This document shows positions 5,646 to 14,352 of a DNA stretch of 35,424 nt, one piece after another. This DNA is from Bacteroidota bacterium. Lineage in GTDB: Bacteria > Bacteroidota > Bacteroidia > J057. The first letter of the stretch is position 1; every line of letters begins with the position of its first letter. The translations under genes were made by a program, and so were the position numbers. The stretch is taken from assembly GCA_043751755.1 (NCBI GenBank), contig JAYUZN010000717.1, forward strand, positions 1-35,424, given 5' to 3'. The notes beneath the pieces were generated by a model. It worked only from the letters and a program-made list of their open reading frames with translations, made no database searches and was not told the origin of the DNA.

Positions 5646-8345
5646 ATGAAACGAATAGCTATACATTTTTTGCTGCTTACGCTCACTTTTTCGCTTTCTG
5701 CGCAGTTGCTCAACTGGGATTATGAGAGCATTGCCACCGACTTGCAACAGTCTGGGCAGCATCCCGACATGATTATAGACCCTGCAACGGGCAATATTCA
5801 TGTTTCTTTTTGGGACGAAAACAGTGATAGATTGGCGTATGCACATCGCAATAAAAGTACTTATACTTGGTCTGTAGAATATCCAGATATGACCGATTTT
5901 GGCGGGTATGCCTCTGCTATCACCTTAGATGCAAGCGGAAAAGTGCATATAGCGTATTACAAAAATGAGGTAGGAACGGCATATCTCAAATATGCTACCA
6001 ATAAAACAGGGGCATGGGTGGCTACGCAAGTAGCGGATACTGTGCTGGGGGTGTATGGCTTAGAAACGGACTTTGGAAAGCATTTTGTCTTATCTGCCGA
6101 CATTGCTATTCGCCCGAATGGGCAGCCTGTGATTGTCTGTTTTGATGCAACGGCGCAAATTGACCCTAATCTTGCTTCTTGCCCTTATATCAATTATGAC
6201 CTCAATATTTTTTGCGCCCTCAAAGCAGGAAATACTTGGACAAGCTACCATCTTCCGCCCGTACCCTGTCATGGTGGACCTAATTCGCTATGTTCAACGG
6301 AGGGAGATAGATATGGGGAATTTCTCCAATTGCAGGAGGCAGGAAATGGGAAATATGACATTATCACCAATTCGTATTTGAATGGAAAGGTGATATCTTT
6401 GCGCGCAAATGACAATACCCTCACAACTTGGACAAAGCGTGTCATCGACAACGAAGACCGCTTTTTGGCGACTCCAGACTCTGCTGTAATAGGGCTTAGT
6501 TACGTCTATCGTTCTTTTGAGCATATACATTCTGCCAAAGTCCGCCCCGATAGCAGCGAAACCTATATGATTTATGGCTATTCTGATTTTTTTGGAGAAC
6601 AAGCAGCCGATAACAAAAAGCAATTTTATATTGCCAAAGTCAAATTAGATTCAGTAGGAATGATGGGCTATAGCCCTGTGTATGAGGCGGTTTATCCCAA
6701 TACCAACATTCCGCCGACCTATCCCGGCACCACATATCGCAACTATTTCAGCATTGCGCCTGTTACGGACAATCTCATTTATTTTGCCTACCAAAATGTA
6801 ACTACTTCGGAATTGATAGTAGAACATAGCTCAAATGCCATGTTATCTTGGACAAAAGAGGTAATAAAAACGGGCTTTAACACAAATGCTACCTTGCATA
6901 CAGGCATTTATCGTGCGCCCGCAGCCATTGGCTTAGATTCTTTGTACCTCTTGATGTATGATGTTGCAGAGGGCAGAATGAAAATGGCGGTGCGAAATAC
7001 AGACCCTTTGCTCGTGGCTTGGAAATGGGAGAATGTTACCCGTAATGAGCTAAGAGGCAACTATTTAGGCTCACAAATTTGGCGAAATGGCGCAAATGAC
7101 AAGGTGCATGTTGCGTATGATGAGCGATATAGTGGGCAGGTGCATTATGCCTTAAAAGATGGAAATGCGGCTTGGACAACGGAAATGATTGAGGCAGATG
7201 CGGTAAAAGCGGCTGATGTGAAATTGGTACTGAAATCTGCTACAGAGCCTATTGTGGTTTATCCCCAAAAAGCGGACAATCACCTTGTATTGGCAAGAAA
7301 AGTAGGCGCAAATTGGCTCAAAACCAATATCGATACTTTGCACAAAGCCCGCGAAATCTCTGTAGTTTATGCTAATAACAAAGTGCATATCGCTTATTAT
7401 GATGCGCAGGAAAAGGCTTTATTTTATACAAATGCTGCTCCTACTGCCACAACTTGGACGAGTGAAGTCATAGATAGCAGTTCCAATATGGTGGGACGAT
7501 ATCCCGATATGGTGGCGGAAACCAATGGTAATCTGCATCTTAGCTACATCGATTCGGACAAAGGGAGGCTTGTATATGCCTTCAAAACGCCGGCAGGAAA
7601 TTGGACGATAGACACGAGTATCACTACCCCCAATTTCGACTATTTGTGTGCTTCGCCCAGCATCAAAGTTACTTCTACAGGCAAGCCCATCATCGCCTTT
7701 TATGTTACGAATAAAAATAAAATGTATCTTGCCGAAAAACTCAATGGGACATGGGTACTTTCCGTAGCCAAAGACTTTTTCAGCAGTTCCATTTATGCCA
7801 ATCCCTTAGATTTGATTTTGGACAGCCTCAACCATACGTGGATATTGTACAATTATCCGAGCAACTTTGGCAATGATATTCGGCTTACGGGAAGAGATTC
7901 TTGGGGAACGTGGTTTGATGCGGCGGTCATCAACAATGATGGGCAGATTGGCAATACCTTTGATTTTCATATTGTCGGAACCGATTTTTATATTTTGGGC
8001 AAAAAAAATGCCTTTGAGGACAATGGGGTAGCTATGATGAGGGTAACAGGCGGCTCTTTGGTAGATATGGAAATGCTGACTTTGTTGCAAGAAAATCCTT
8101 GTCTTATTTATCCCAATCCTGCCAATGAGGAGGTGAATTTCCGCCTAAACAACCCGCGCAATCAGCCGCTTGCCATTCGCTTATATGACTTAAATGGCAG
8201 ACTGATTCATACGCTTACGGATGGACTTTGCGAAGAAGGGGAGCATATATATACGTTCAATGTCCGCGACTTGCCCACAGGTATGTATGTGTGTGCATGG
8301 ACGGTGGGCAACAAAAATATTGTGCAGAAATGGACGGTTAAGTAG
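5646..8345 (+). CDS. large secreted repeat protein with T9SS (Por) C-terminal sorting domain
   Basis: The ATG at 5646 gives the signal peptide 'MKRIAIHFLLLTLTFSLSAQ'. The C-terminus 'IYPNPANEEVNFRL...LYDLNGRLIHTL...LPTGMYVCAW' matches the Por secretion tail pattern. The body has about 60-aa repeats of the form 'G.(V/I)H(I/V)AY...L.YA'. Confidence 0.8.
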   Translation: MKRIAIHFLLLTLTFSLSAQLLNWDYESIATDLQQSGQHPDMIIDPATGNIHVSFWDENSDRLAYAHRNKSTYTWSVEYPDMTDFGGYASAITLDASGKVHIAYYKNEVGTAYLKYATNKTGAWVATQVADTVLGVYGLETDFGKHFVLSADIAIRPNGQPVIVCFDATAQIDPNLASCPYINYDLNIFCALKAGNTWTSYHLPPVPCHGGPNSLCSTEGDRYGEFLQLQEAGNGKYDIITNSYLNGKVISLRANDNTLTTWTKRVIDNEDRFLATPDSAVIGLSYVYRSFEHIHSAKVRPDSSETYMIYGYSDFFGEQAADNKKQFYIAKVKLDSVGMMGYSPVYEAVYPNTNIPPTYPGTTYRNYFSIAPVTDNLIYFAYQNVTTSELIVEHSSNAMLSWTKEVIKTGFNTNATLHTGIYRAPAAIGLDSLYLLMYDVAEGRMKMAVRNTDPLLVAWKWENVTRNELRGNYLGSQIWRNGANDKVHVAYDERYSGQVHYALKDGNAAWTTEMIEADAVKAADVKLVLKSATEPIVVYPQKADNHLVLARKVGANWLKTNIDTLHKAREISVVYANNKVHIAYYDAQEKALFYTNAAPTATTWTSEVIDSSSNMVGRYPDMVAETNGNLHLSYIDSDKGRLVYAFKTPAGNWTIDTSITTPNFDYLCASPSIKVTSTGKPIIAFYVTNKNKMYLAEKLNGTWVLSVAKDFFSSSIYANPLDLILDSLNHTWILYNYPSNFGNDIRLTGRDSWGTWFDAAVINNDGQIGNTFDFHIVGTDFYILGKKNAFEDNGVAMMRVTGGSLVDMEMLTLLQENPCLIYPNPANEEVNFRLNNPRNQPLAIRLYDLNGRLIHTLTDGLCEEGEHIYTFNVRDLPTGMYVCAWTVGNKNIVQKWTVK

Positions 8346-8376
8346 TTGAAAGTTATAAGTTGAGAGTTGAAAGTTA
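8346..8376. repeat. CAACTYT word repeat (reverse orientation) directly after the T9SS cargo stop codon
   Basis: 'TTGAAAGTTATAAGTTGAGAGTTGAAAGTTA' starts at the base after the TAG (8343-8345). Confidence 0.75.
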
Positions 8377-8477
8377 ATATAAGTTTATCATAATCAATAA
8401 GATATATCTAAAATATACGTTTAGAATATTTCTCACTCGTACTTATGAAATAGGCTTAGGATTATTTTGTTGGGCTA

Positions 8478-8510
8478 AGAGTGGCGCGCTTTTGAAAAGT
8501 GCGCCACTCT
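8478..8510 (+). terminator. AGAGTGGCNCNCTTTT hairpin-family copy after the T9SS cargo gene
   Basis: 'AGAGTGGCGCGCTTTTGAAAAGTGCGCCACTCT' is a near-perfect palindrome. Confidence 0.5.
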
Positions 8511-8552
8511 ATTTATATACACGAACCTAATTGCATTATAAAGATTTTTTTT

Positions 8553-8560
8553 TACTTTTG
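8553..8560 (+). promoter_or_regulatory. -7 box TACTTTTG upstream of the MORN-repeat gene
   Basis: TAnnTTTG, 62 nt upstream of the ATG at 8623. Confidence 0.45.
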
Positions 8561-8622
8561 CCCCGCTTAATATTTCTTTATTGTAATATATTTTTTAGCA
8601 TAATTTTTGATAGAATGAATAT

Positions 8623-9222
8623 ATGATACCAATCCATACAAATAGCGAAAGCCGAAGATGGGCTATATATTTTACCCTCATAATGAGTGGGTTAATGCTA
8701 TTTGCTATTTATAATATCCAACAAAAACAGGGAACAAAAACAGGTGAAACCATCGAAAAAGACCAAGGGAGAACGATTGTGTATGGCAAAGATGACCAAG
8801 TTGTGTTCCAAGAAGTGATAGTACAGGATAGCTTTATTGAGCGAAAAACATGGTATTCAACGGGCAAACCGAAGACGGAAATTCATTTTACCAAAGGTTT
8901 TCTCAAAGATATGCTCAATGGCGAGAAGGTAGAATGGTATGAAAATGGGCTTAAAAAGAGCCATTATTACTTTCTCAATGACAAGCCTGACGGCACGATT
9001 CGAGAATGGCATCTTTCGGGGAATCTCAAAAAAATAGGCTTTTATTCGCATGGAAATATGTGTGGACGATACCAAGAATGGCATCAAAATGGACTCCCAG
9101 CCATACAAGGAATGTTTCAATTTGGGAAAAAATATGGGGTATGGACGTATTGGGATATACAGGGAAAACGGCTGCGGACGGAACATTATGGGCGCGCAGA
9201 TTTGCGCACAGACAAGCATTGA
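8623..9222 (+). CDS. membrane-anchored MORN-variant repeat protein (YwqK-like family)
   Basis: 199 aa with an N-terminal TM segment 'WAIYFTLIMSGLMLFAIY'. It contains repeated 'G....W(Y/H).NG' units, for example 'GEKVEWYENGLKK', 'GTIREWHLSGNLK' and 'GRYQEWHQNGLP'. Confidence 0.65.
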   Translation: MIPIHTNSESRRWAIYFTLIMSGLMLFAIYNIQQKQGTKTGETIEKDQGRTIVYGKDDQVVFQEVIVQDSFIERKTWYSTGKPKTEIHFTKGFLKDMLNGEKVEWYENGLKKSHYYFLNDKPDGTIREWHLSGNLKKIGFYSHGNMCGRYQEWHQNGLPAIQGMFQFGKKYGVWTYWDIQGKRLRTEHYGRADLRTDKH

Positions 9223-9305
9223 AAATGCAACAGGCTTCCTATACCTCGAAGGGTTAGGAAGCCCGCACACGAAAATTCCACGCCTCGAGTACTGCTGATT
9301 TTTTG

Positions 9306-9534
9306 GCTAAGGAATGAAACGTAAATAAGTTGATGATTTTATAGTCCCGTAGGGACGCGATATTTATAGGAAAAACATGTCCCGCCACCTCTCTTGTTTT
9401 TCGTGCAAGCACGAAAAACGGAATAAATTGGGGGAATTCCATTTTCTATAAATATTTCGTGCCTACGGCACTAAGAAATGCTCAAAATGACTGTTGTAAC
9501 TAAATCGCCAAGTTATTTATTTTTCAATCCTAAG
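9306..9534. repeat. second composite palindromic TATAAATAT/GTCCCTACGGGAC element
   Basis: It has two arms around 'TTTTTCGTGCAAGCACGAAAAA' (about 9398-9419). The arm ends are 'CTAAGGAATGAAA' and 'TTTCAATCCTAAG'. It is homologous to 1-99 and 250-499. Confidence 0.8.
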
Positions 9535-9628
9535 AAGGATACATTGGGCTTGTATAATCTTGATGCGTTGTTGTAGTTATCAAATTTCGGTTTAAGTTTT
9601 GAAGCCTTGTTTGAGACAAACACAAAAT

Positions 9629-9657
9629 CCCGAAGTTATTGTGAAATAACTTCGGGG
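9629..9657 (-). terminator. Rho-independent-type terminator downstream of rpmF
   Basis: On the minus strand the sequence is 'CCCCGAAGTTATT-TCAC-AATAACTTCGGG' followed by 'ATTTTGTGTTTG'. It lies 26 nt after the rpmF stop. Confidence 0.7.
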
Positions 9658-9682
9658 TATATTGTCTTAGGGAGAAGCGAAA

Positions 9683-9868
9683 CTAAACTTCTTCTTTTCC
9701 TTCGAGGTATTGCTGCCCTTTGTAATGACCGCTTGTGAGGTTTACTCTGTGATACAAAGTAGCCTCTTTAGAAATGGGGTCTATGTAGAATGTTCTCCCC
9801 GTCAATTTGTCGTGCGTTCTACGCTTATCTCTACGTGTACGAGATACTTTCCGTTTTGGATGTGGCAT
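9683..9868 (-). CDS. rpmF: 50S ribosomal protein L32
   Basis: 61 aa. 'MPHPKRKVSRTRRDKRRTHDKL' is the canonical L32 N-terminus. A YceD-like gene lies upstream, as in the conserved yceD-rpmF pair. Confidence 0.95.
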   Translation of the reverse strand: MPHPKRKVSRTRRDKRRTHDKLTGRTFYIDPISKEATLYHRVNLTSGHYKGQQYLEGKEEV

Positions 9869-9950
9869 GAATTATAAATTGAGAATTGAAAATTAAGAAT
9901 TGAACAATTAACGCTTATCGCTGCTAACTGTTTACTGCTAACTGTTATCG
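9869..9950. repeat. word repeats between yceD-like and rpmF: TTCTTAATTTTCAATTCTCAATTT block plus AACAGTTAGCAG units
   Basis: The minus strand of 9876-9899 equals the 24-mer found at 28888-28911. 9919-9950 carries two AACAGTTAGCAG units that include the yceD-like stop codon. Confidence 0.8.
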
Positions 9951-10411
9951 CTTACACCTGTAATATATTGCATAATTTTGGGGTCGCATTCTTCCGAGAT
10001 GTCTTCGTGTACATTTCGGAAAGGAACTGCGATTCCAATAAAATCGTATAAATCTTGAACTAAACTGATATATGGCTCACTTTCAGCTATATAAATGACT
10101 TCCATCTCCTCTGTTTCGTCCATTTTTTTGGAAAAAGAATAGATGATTCTTTGCTCCGAAACTATCGGAATCTTGATAAGTTCAAGGCATCTATCACAAG
10201 CTACCTGCACCCAGCCTTTCAACTGAAAGGTTGTATCTAAATGGGAAAGATACTTATGTACAGTTAGGACTGCTTCGACTTCGCAATCTTCTATATAAGT
10301 TGTTTCAAAATGCGTCAAAAATTCGTTGTTTACTAAGAATTTTTCTTCATTATGTCCCATGTTTAATTTGGGAACTGCTAAGGAGTATTGCCTTTCGAAT
10401 GCCTTTTTCAC
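9938..10411 (-). CDS. YceD/DUF177-family protein
   Basis: 157 aa with a GTG start at 10411. It has the 'CDRCLE' motif and lies immediately upstream of rpmF on the same strand. Confidence 0.75.
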   Translation of the reverse strand: MKKAFERQYSLAVPKLNMGHNEEKFLVNNEFLTHFETTYIEDCEVEAVLTVHKYLSHLDTTFQLKGWVQVACDRCLELIKIPIVSEQRIIYSFSKKMDETEEMEVIYIAESEPYISLVQDLYDFIGIAVPFRNVHEDISEECDPKIMQYITGVSDNS

Positions 10412-10564
10412 TTTTTCGCCTATCTTGAAGTTGCTGTGAGGCTATATTTCAAGAAAAATATATGCCTTTTGGAAAAGAGAGCGCAAAGGTAGGTGTTTTT
10501 TTTGGATAAAAAAACCTTTTTATAAGTCTTTTTTCTTTGGGCTAAAAAAAATGATATTTTTGGC

Positions 10565-10668
10565 ACGCAGATGAACGCAGATGTGGCAGATTTCGCAGAT
10601 GTTGTACAGTGAGCGTAGCCGAACTGTTATCTGCGAAATCTGCTTTCATCTGCGAAAATCTGCGTGAA
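10565..10668. repeat. GCAGAT-family palindromic element with the same core (opposite orientation)
   Basis: The arms are 'CGCAGATGAACGCAGATGTGGCAGATTTCGCAGAT' and 'ATCTGCGAAATCTGCTTTCATCTGCGAAAATCTGCGTGAA'. The core 'TGAGCGTAGCCGAA' (10610-10623) is the reverse complement of 3063-3076. Confidence 0.85.
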
Positions 10669-10692
10669 ATAAGGGCAAGAGACAGAAATAAC

Positions 10693-11022
10693 TTATACAC
10701 TTTGCAATTGCGCTTCTAATCTGGCTTTCAATGCGCCTTTGCCTGGCGCGCCGACCATTTTATCCACCAAAACGCCTCCTTTGAAAATCAGCAAGGTAGG
10801 AATGTTCATTACCCCGTATTTGCCCGAAGTGTTGCTGTTTGTATCTACATCTAACTTACCTATGGTGATTTTTCCTTCATATTCCCCCGCCAACTCCTCA
10901 ATCATGGGTCCGATGGCTTTGCAAGGACCGCACCATTGCGCCCAAAAATCTACTAAAACTATCTCAGCATTGTTCACTACGTTGTCGAAGTTTGCATCTG
11001 TGATTTCGATTGCTTTTCCCAT
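10693..11022 (-). CDS. trxA: thioredoxin
   Basis: The ATG at 11022 gives a 109-aa protein with the active site 'WAQWCGPCK'. The longer track ORF extends into repeat DNA. Confidence 0.95.
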   Translation of the reverse strand: MGKAIEITDANFDNVVNNAEIVLVDFWAQWCGPCKAIGPMIEELAGEYEGKITIGKLDVDTNSNTSGKYGVMNIPTLLIFKGGVLVDKMVGAPGKGALKARLEAQLQSV

Positions 11023-11040
11023 AAAATTAAAAGTTGTGTG

Positions 11041-11115
11041 TTTCACGCAGATTTTCGCAGATAAAAGCAGATTGCGCAGATGAATCCTAATGATTGCGTG
11101 AACTTGAATCTGCAA
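11041..11115. repeat. GCAGAT-family element in the trxA leader
   Basis: 'TTTCACGCAGATTTTCGCAGATAAAAGCAGATTGCGCAGAT...GCGTGAACTTGAATCTGC'. The minus-strand 'ATCTGCGAAAATCTGCGTGAAA' ends 18 nt before the trxA ATG. Confidence 0.8.
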
Positions 11116-11199
11116 ATATAAACGTTTATTATAAGATATGGTTGTATCGAGTTCTTTATCAAATCATAAGAATATATTATAAAGGCTGCAAATGTCCTT

Positions 11200-11964
11200 T
11201 CATTCCGCCAAAAAACGCCTCACTTTCTCCAAAAACAAGCTCGGATTCTCGGCATGAAGCCAATGTCCTACGCCCTCCATTACCTCAAATTGCGCCAAAG
11301 GAAAATGAGAGCGAATTGCCGCATGGTCTGATTCCAAAATATAGGAGGAATTTCCGCCTGAAAGAAACAAGGTAGGTTTTTCAAAGATTTCGGGAGAAAC
11401 TCCTGCCAAAATAGCCGAATAATTGTCCAAAATGGCAGGAAAATTGAACTTCCATATAAACTGATTTTCTGCATCTCTGCCTAAGCCTTTGAGCAAAAAT
11501 TGTGTAGTAACGACATCATTTTCAAGTTTTTGCATCAAAAATGCTTCTGCCGCCTTGCGAGAAGGAATAGCAGACAAATCGATGCTTGTCAAAGCCTCAA
11601 GTACGGCGGTATGATGGGGCAGATATTGTTTGATGCCCATATCTGCCACAAGGAGCTTGTCCACTTTTTCGGGATAAAGTCCAGCAAATTCCATAACGAC
11701 CTTTCCGCCCATAGAATGTCCCAACAAATGCGCAGACAAAATGCCTTCTGCTTCCATCAATTCATACAAATCCTCCGCCATGACCCGATAATCAAAGCTA
11801 TCACTATGCGGCGAGCGACCATGATTGCGCAGGTCTATGAGATAGACGCTATAATCCGCCTCCAAATTGCGGGCATGCGTAAGCCAGTTGTCAAGTGAGC
11901 CGAACAAGCCATGCAGAATGAGAAGGGCGGGCCCTTGTCCGTAGGATTTGAAGTTTAGTTTCAT
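11200..11964 (-). CDS. alpha/beta-fold hydrolase (esterase YbfF-like)
   Basis: It has 'LLILHGLFGSLDNW', the nucleophile elbow 'GHSMGG', and a C-terminal 'GHWLHAENP' catalytic His region. The ATG at 11964 is preferred. Confidence 0.85.
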   Translation of the reverse strand: MKLNFKSYGQGPALLILHGLFGSLDNWLTHARNLEADYSVYLIDLRNHGRSPHSDSFDYRVMAEDLYELMEAEGILSAHLLGHSMGGKVVMEFAGLYPEKVDKLLVADMGIKQYLPHHTAVLEALTSIDLSAIPSRKAAEAFLMQKLENDVVTTQFLLKGLGRDAENQFIWKFNFPAILDNYSAILAGVSPEIFEKPTLFLSGGNSSYILESDHAAIRSHFPLAQFEVMEGVGHWLHAENPSLFLEKVRRFLAE

Positions 11965-11966
11965 TG

Positions 11967-12103
11967 TTTTTCGCGCAGATTTTCGCAAATTTTAGCGCAA
12001 AGATAGGGGATTTCGTAATAGAATATATAATTTTGCAGAAATATTGGTTACTAATTACGTCTGCGAAAATCTGCGAGGCATCTGCGAAAATCTGCGAGAA
12101 CCT
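11967..12103. repeat. GCAGAT-family inverted arms spanning the divergent hydrolase/DUF2279 intergenic region
   Basis: The left arm is 'CGCGCAGATTTTCGCAAAT' (next to the minus-strand ATG at 11964). The right arm is 'TCTGCGAAAATCTGCGAGGCATCTGCGAAAATCTGCGAGAACC' (ending 10 nt before the GTG at 12114). Confidence 0.8.
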
Positions 12104-12113
12104 ACATAACATA

Positions 12114-13088
12114 GTGAAAACACTTTTTTTTATATTCATTTTTTTATATAGCAGCCTATCTGCCCAGCAAAATCTCTCTTTTTCCCGAAAAATATATGAC
12201 AAAACAGAGCATTTTTTGGAAAAAGACAGCCTTCCTAATCGCAAAAAACAATATATGTTGAATGGATTTACAGGGGGCGTATATTTGGGAATGGCGGGTT
12301 ATTTGGGGGCAGTTTGGTATTCACCGAAGGATTTGGGCAAATTTCATTTCTTTGAAGACTCGCACGAATGGCTGCAATTAGACAAAGCTGGGCATATGTT
12401 GGGGGGCTACACAAGTACCAAATGGATGATAGATGCCTATACATGGACAGGAATGCCGCGCAAAAAAGCCATTTTGCTCGGCGGCGGCGTAGGCATGTTG
12501 GCGATGAGCAGCATAGAAGTCCTTGACGGATTTGGGAAAAAATGGGGCGCTTCTTGGACAGATGTTGGGGCAAATGCGATAGGCGTATCTTTGGCAATGG
12601 CAAATCAATTGCTTTGGAATGAGTACCGGATTCAGCGAAAATACAGTTATATGCCGTCTGTTTATACAAGGCATGACTCTGTGGCAAAATATGGGAATGC
12701 CTTGGGAATGAACCTTCCTGAATGGATTTTGAAGGATTATAATGGGCAGGTACATTGGTTGAGTTTTCGAGTTCATTCATTTTTGCCCGAAGGCAATTTC
12801 AAACACTATTATCCGCGATGGCTCAATGTGGCAGTAGGCTATGGCGGAAATGGCATGATTGGCAGGTATTGTCAAACAGGCGACATTATAGGCGTAAATT
12901 GCGACCCACAATCCGTGATAGATGCCCGCGAATATCGGCAATACTACCTCGCCTTTGACATAGATGTGTCAAATGTCAAAACGAAATCTAAAACGCTCAA
13001 TTCTGTGTTGAGTATGATAAACATGTTTCGGATTCCCTTGCCTGTATTAGAAATGGACAGATTTGGGATAAGGGGGGCGATAAGGTGA
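12114..13088 (+). CDS. DUF2279/YfiM-like secreted protein
   Basis: The GTG at 12114 gives the signal-like 'VKTLFFIFIFLYSSLSAQQ'. The 'LDKAGHMLGGY' motif resembles DUF2279. The first 50 codons of the track ORF only translate GCAGAT repeats. Confidence 0.55.
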   Translation: MKTLFFIFIFLYSSLSAQQNLSFSRKIYDKTEHFLEKDSLPNRKKQYMLNGFTGGVYLGMAGYLGAVWYSPKDLGKFHFFEDSHEWLQLDKAGHMLGGYTSTKWMIDAYTWTGMPRKKAILLGGGVGMLAMSSIEVLDGFGKKWGASWTDVGANAIGVSLAMANQLLWNEYRIQRKYSYMPSVYTRHDSVAKYGNALGMNLPEWILKDYNGQVHWLSFRVHSFLPEGNFKHYYPRWLNVAVGYGGNGMIGRYCQTGDIIGVNCDPQSVIDAREYRQYYLAFDIDVSNVKTKSKTLNSVLSMINMFRIPLPVLEMDRFGIRGAIR

Positions 13089-13129
13089 GTCAATTTTTGT
13101 GAAACTATTTTAAAAATATCCCATTTTCT

Positions 13130-14263
13130 ATGCAAAAAACATCCTTCATTTTCTTATTCTTGTCTTTACAGTCCCTTCTCCATGCGCAAGCCCCTGTTGT
13201 CTTAGGCATTCAAGACGCACATTATCAAAAATTGGGCATGACTAAAACCCACATCGAAGCTTGGGAAGATGCTATGCGGACTTCGGGCGGTAGAAACACT
13301 TTTGAATGGTGGTATTTTGATGCAATGTTATCAGATAGTTCTAAATGAGTGGTAGTTTTTTATACAAAGCCTGTACAAGAGGTAGCTTCTGCCCAAATGA
13401 AGCCTTGTATTTTGGTTTCTTGGACAAAGAAAAATGGGATTCATTATAGCAAAATGCACCTTTTGGAGAAAGAGGAATACGCTTTTTCAAAGGAAAAATG
13501 TGAGATAAAAATCGGCAAATCTTTCCTAAAAGGGGATTTACATAAGTATGAGGTTCATTTAGATTTGCCTGATATACAAGTAGATATGACTCTAATAGGC
13601 GAAGTTCCTGCGTGGAGACCTGGCACAGGGCATGTTTTTTTTGGCAAAAAAGAAAAACAGTTTTTTGCGTGGCTGCCTGCTGTTCCCAAAGGAAAAATAA
13701 CAGGTACTTTTTCCTACAAAAACGAAACAAAACAACTCACAGGTTCGGGCTATCACGACCACAATTGGGGCAATGCGAATATGTATTATTTGATGAATCA
13801 CTGGTATTGGAGCAGAGTGGATATGGGGGAATATACGATAATTGCCAGCCAGATTGTGGCGCAAAAAAAGTTTGGATATGCGCAAGTTCCTATTTTTATG
13901 GTGGCAGAAAATGGCAAAATCTTGGCAGATAGTGCCGTTGAATACCTGAAATTTGTGCCAACAGAACGGGAAATAGAGCCTTTTTCTAAACGTCCTTTGT
14001 ACCAAAAAATCATTTTCAACTATGATTCTCCTACACAAGCCTATATTTTGACTTTGCAGCAAAAAGAGGTTATCGAAAAAAGGCAGTTTTTGGAGGCTTT
14101 GCAGGGTTTCAAAAAGAGAATCGCCCTTTTATTGCAGATAAATTCTACCTATCTGCGCATGACAGGCGAGGCTACACTTTCGGTTTCCAAACAAGGCAAA
14201 ACGGAAAACTTGAAGGGGGAGGCGATATGGGAGCAGTTTTATTTTGGGGAGAATATAGATTGA
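13130..14263 (+). pseudogene. lipocalin-like CrtC/AttH-family secreted protein interrupted by an in-frame TGA (13346-13348)
   Basis: 13130-13348 has a signal peptide plus 'FEWWYFDAMLSDSSK'. 13349-14263 ('VVVFYTKP...GSGYHDHNWGN') is in the same frame, separated only by a TGA. Together they form one CrtC/AttH-like domain. Confidence 0.6.
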
Positions 14264-14268
14264 GTTGT

Positions 14269-14295
14269 GGGTTCATGCAGATTTTCGCAGACGGG
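14269..14295. repeat. solo GCAGAT-family unit
   Basis: 'GGGTTCATGCAGATTTTCGCAGACGGG' is the reverse complement of the ATCTGCGAAAATCTGC(A/G)TGAAC consensus. Confidence 0.7.
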
Positions 14296-14318
14296 TATAT
14301 AAAATCCCAAAAAAAGCC

Positions 14319-14326
14319 TACTTTTG
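14319..14326 (+). promoter_or_regulatory. -7 box TACTTTTG upstream of the carboxyltransferase gene
   Basis: TAnnTTTG, 26 nt upstream of the ATG at 14353. Confidence 0.5.
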
Positions 14327-14352
14327 CAGCTTAACTATTCCATTCCATACAA

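Noticed and set aside
11891-12244. 117-aa minus ORF, and the first 50 codons of the 11964 plus ORF ('QIFADASQIFAD', 'AKICEASAKICE')
   Set aside because: The peptide periodicity is just the GCAGAT/ATCTGC repeat read in frame. The real genes start at 11964 (minus) and about 12114 (plus).
13346-13348. TGA read as Trp/Gly (alternative genetic code) or as selenocysteine
   Set aside because: TGA clearly terminates other genes here, including SdpI (1614-1616), MarR (4483-4485), the EEP gene (21335-21337) and the 13349-14263 piece itself. I see no obvious SECIS-like hairpin directly downstream. A nonsense mutation or sequencing error is more likely.
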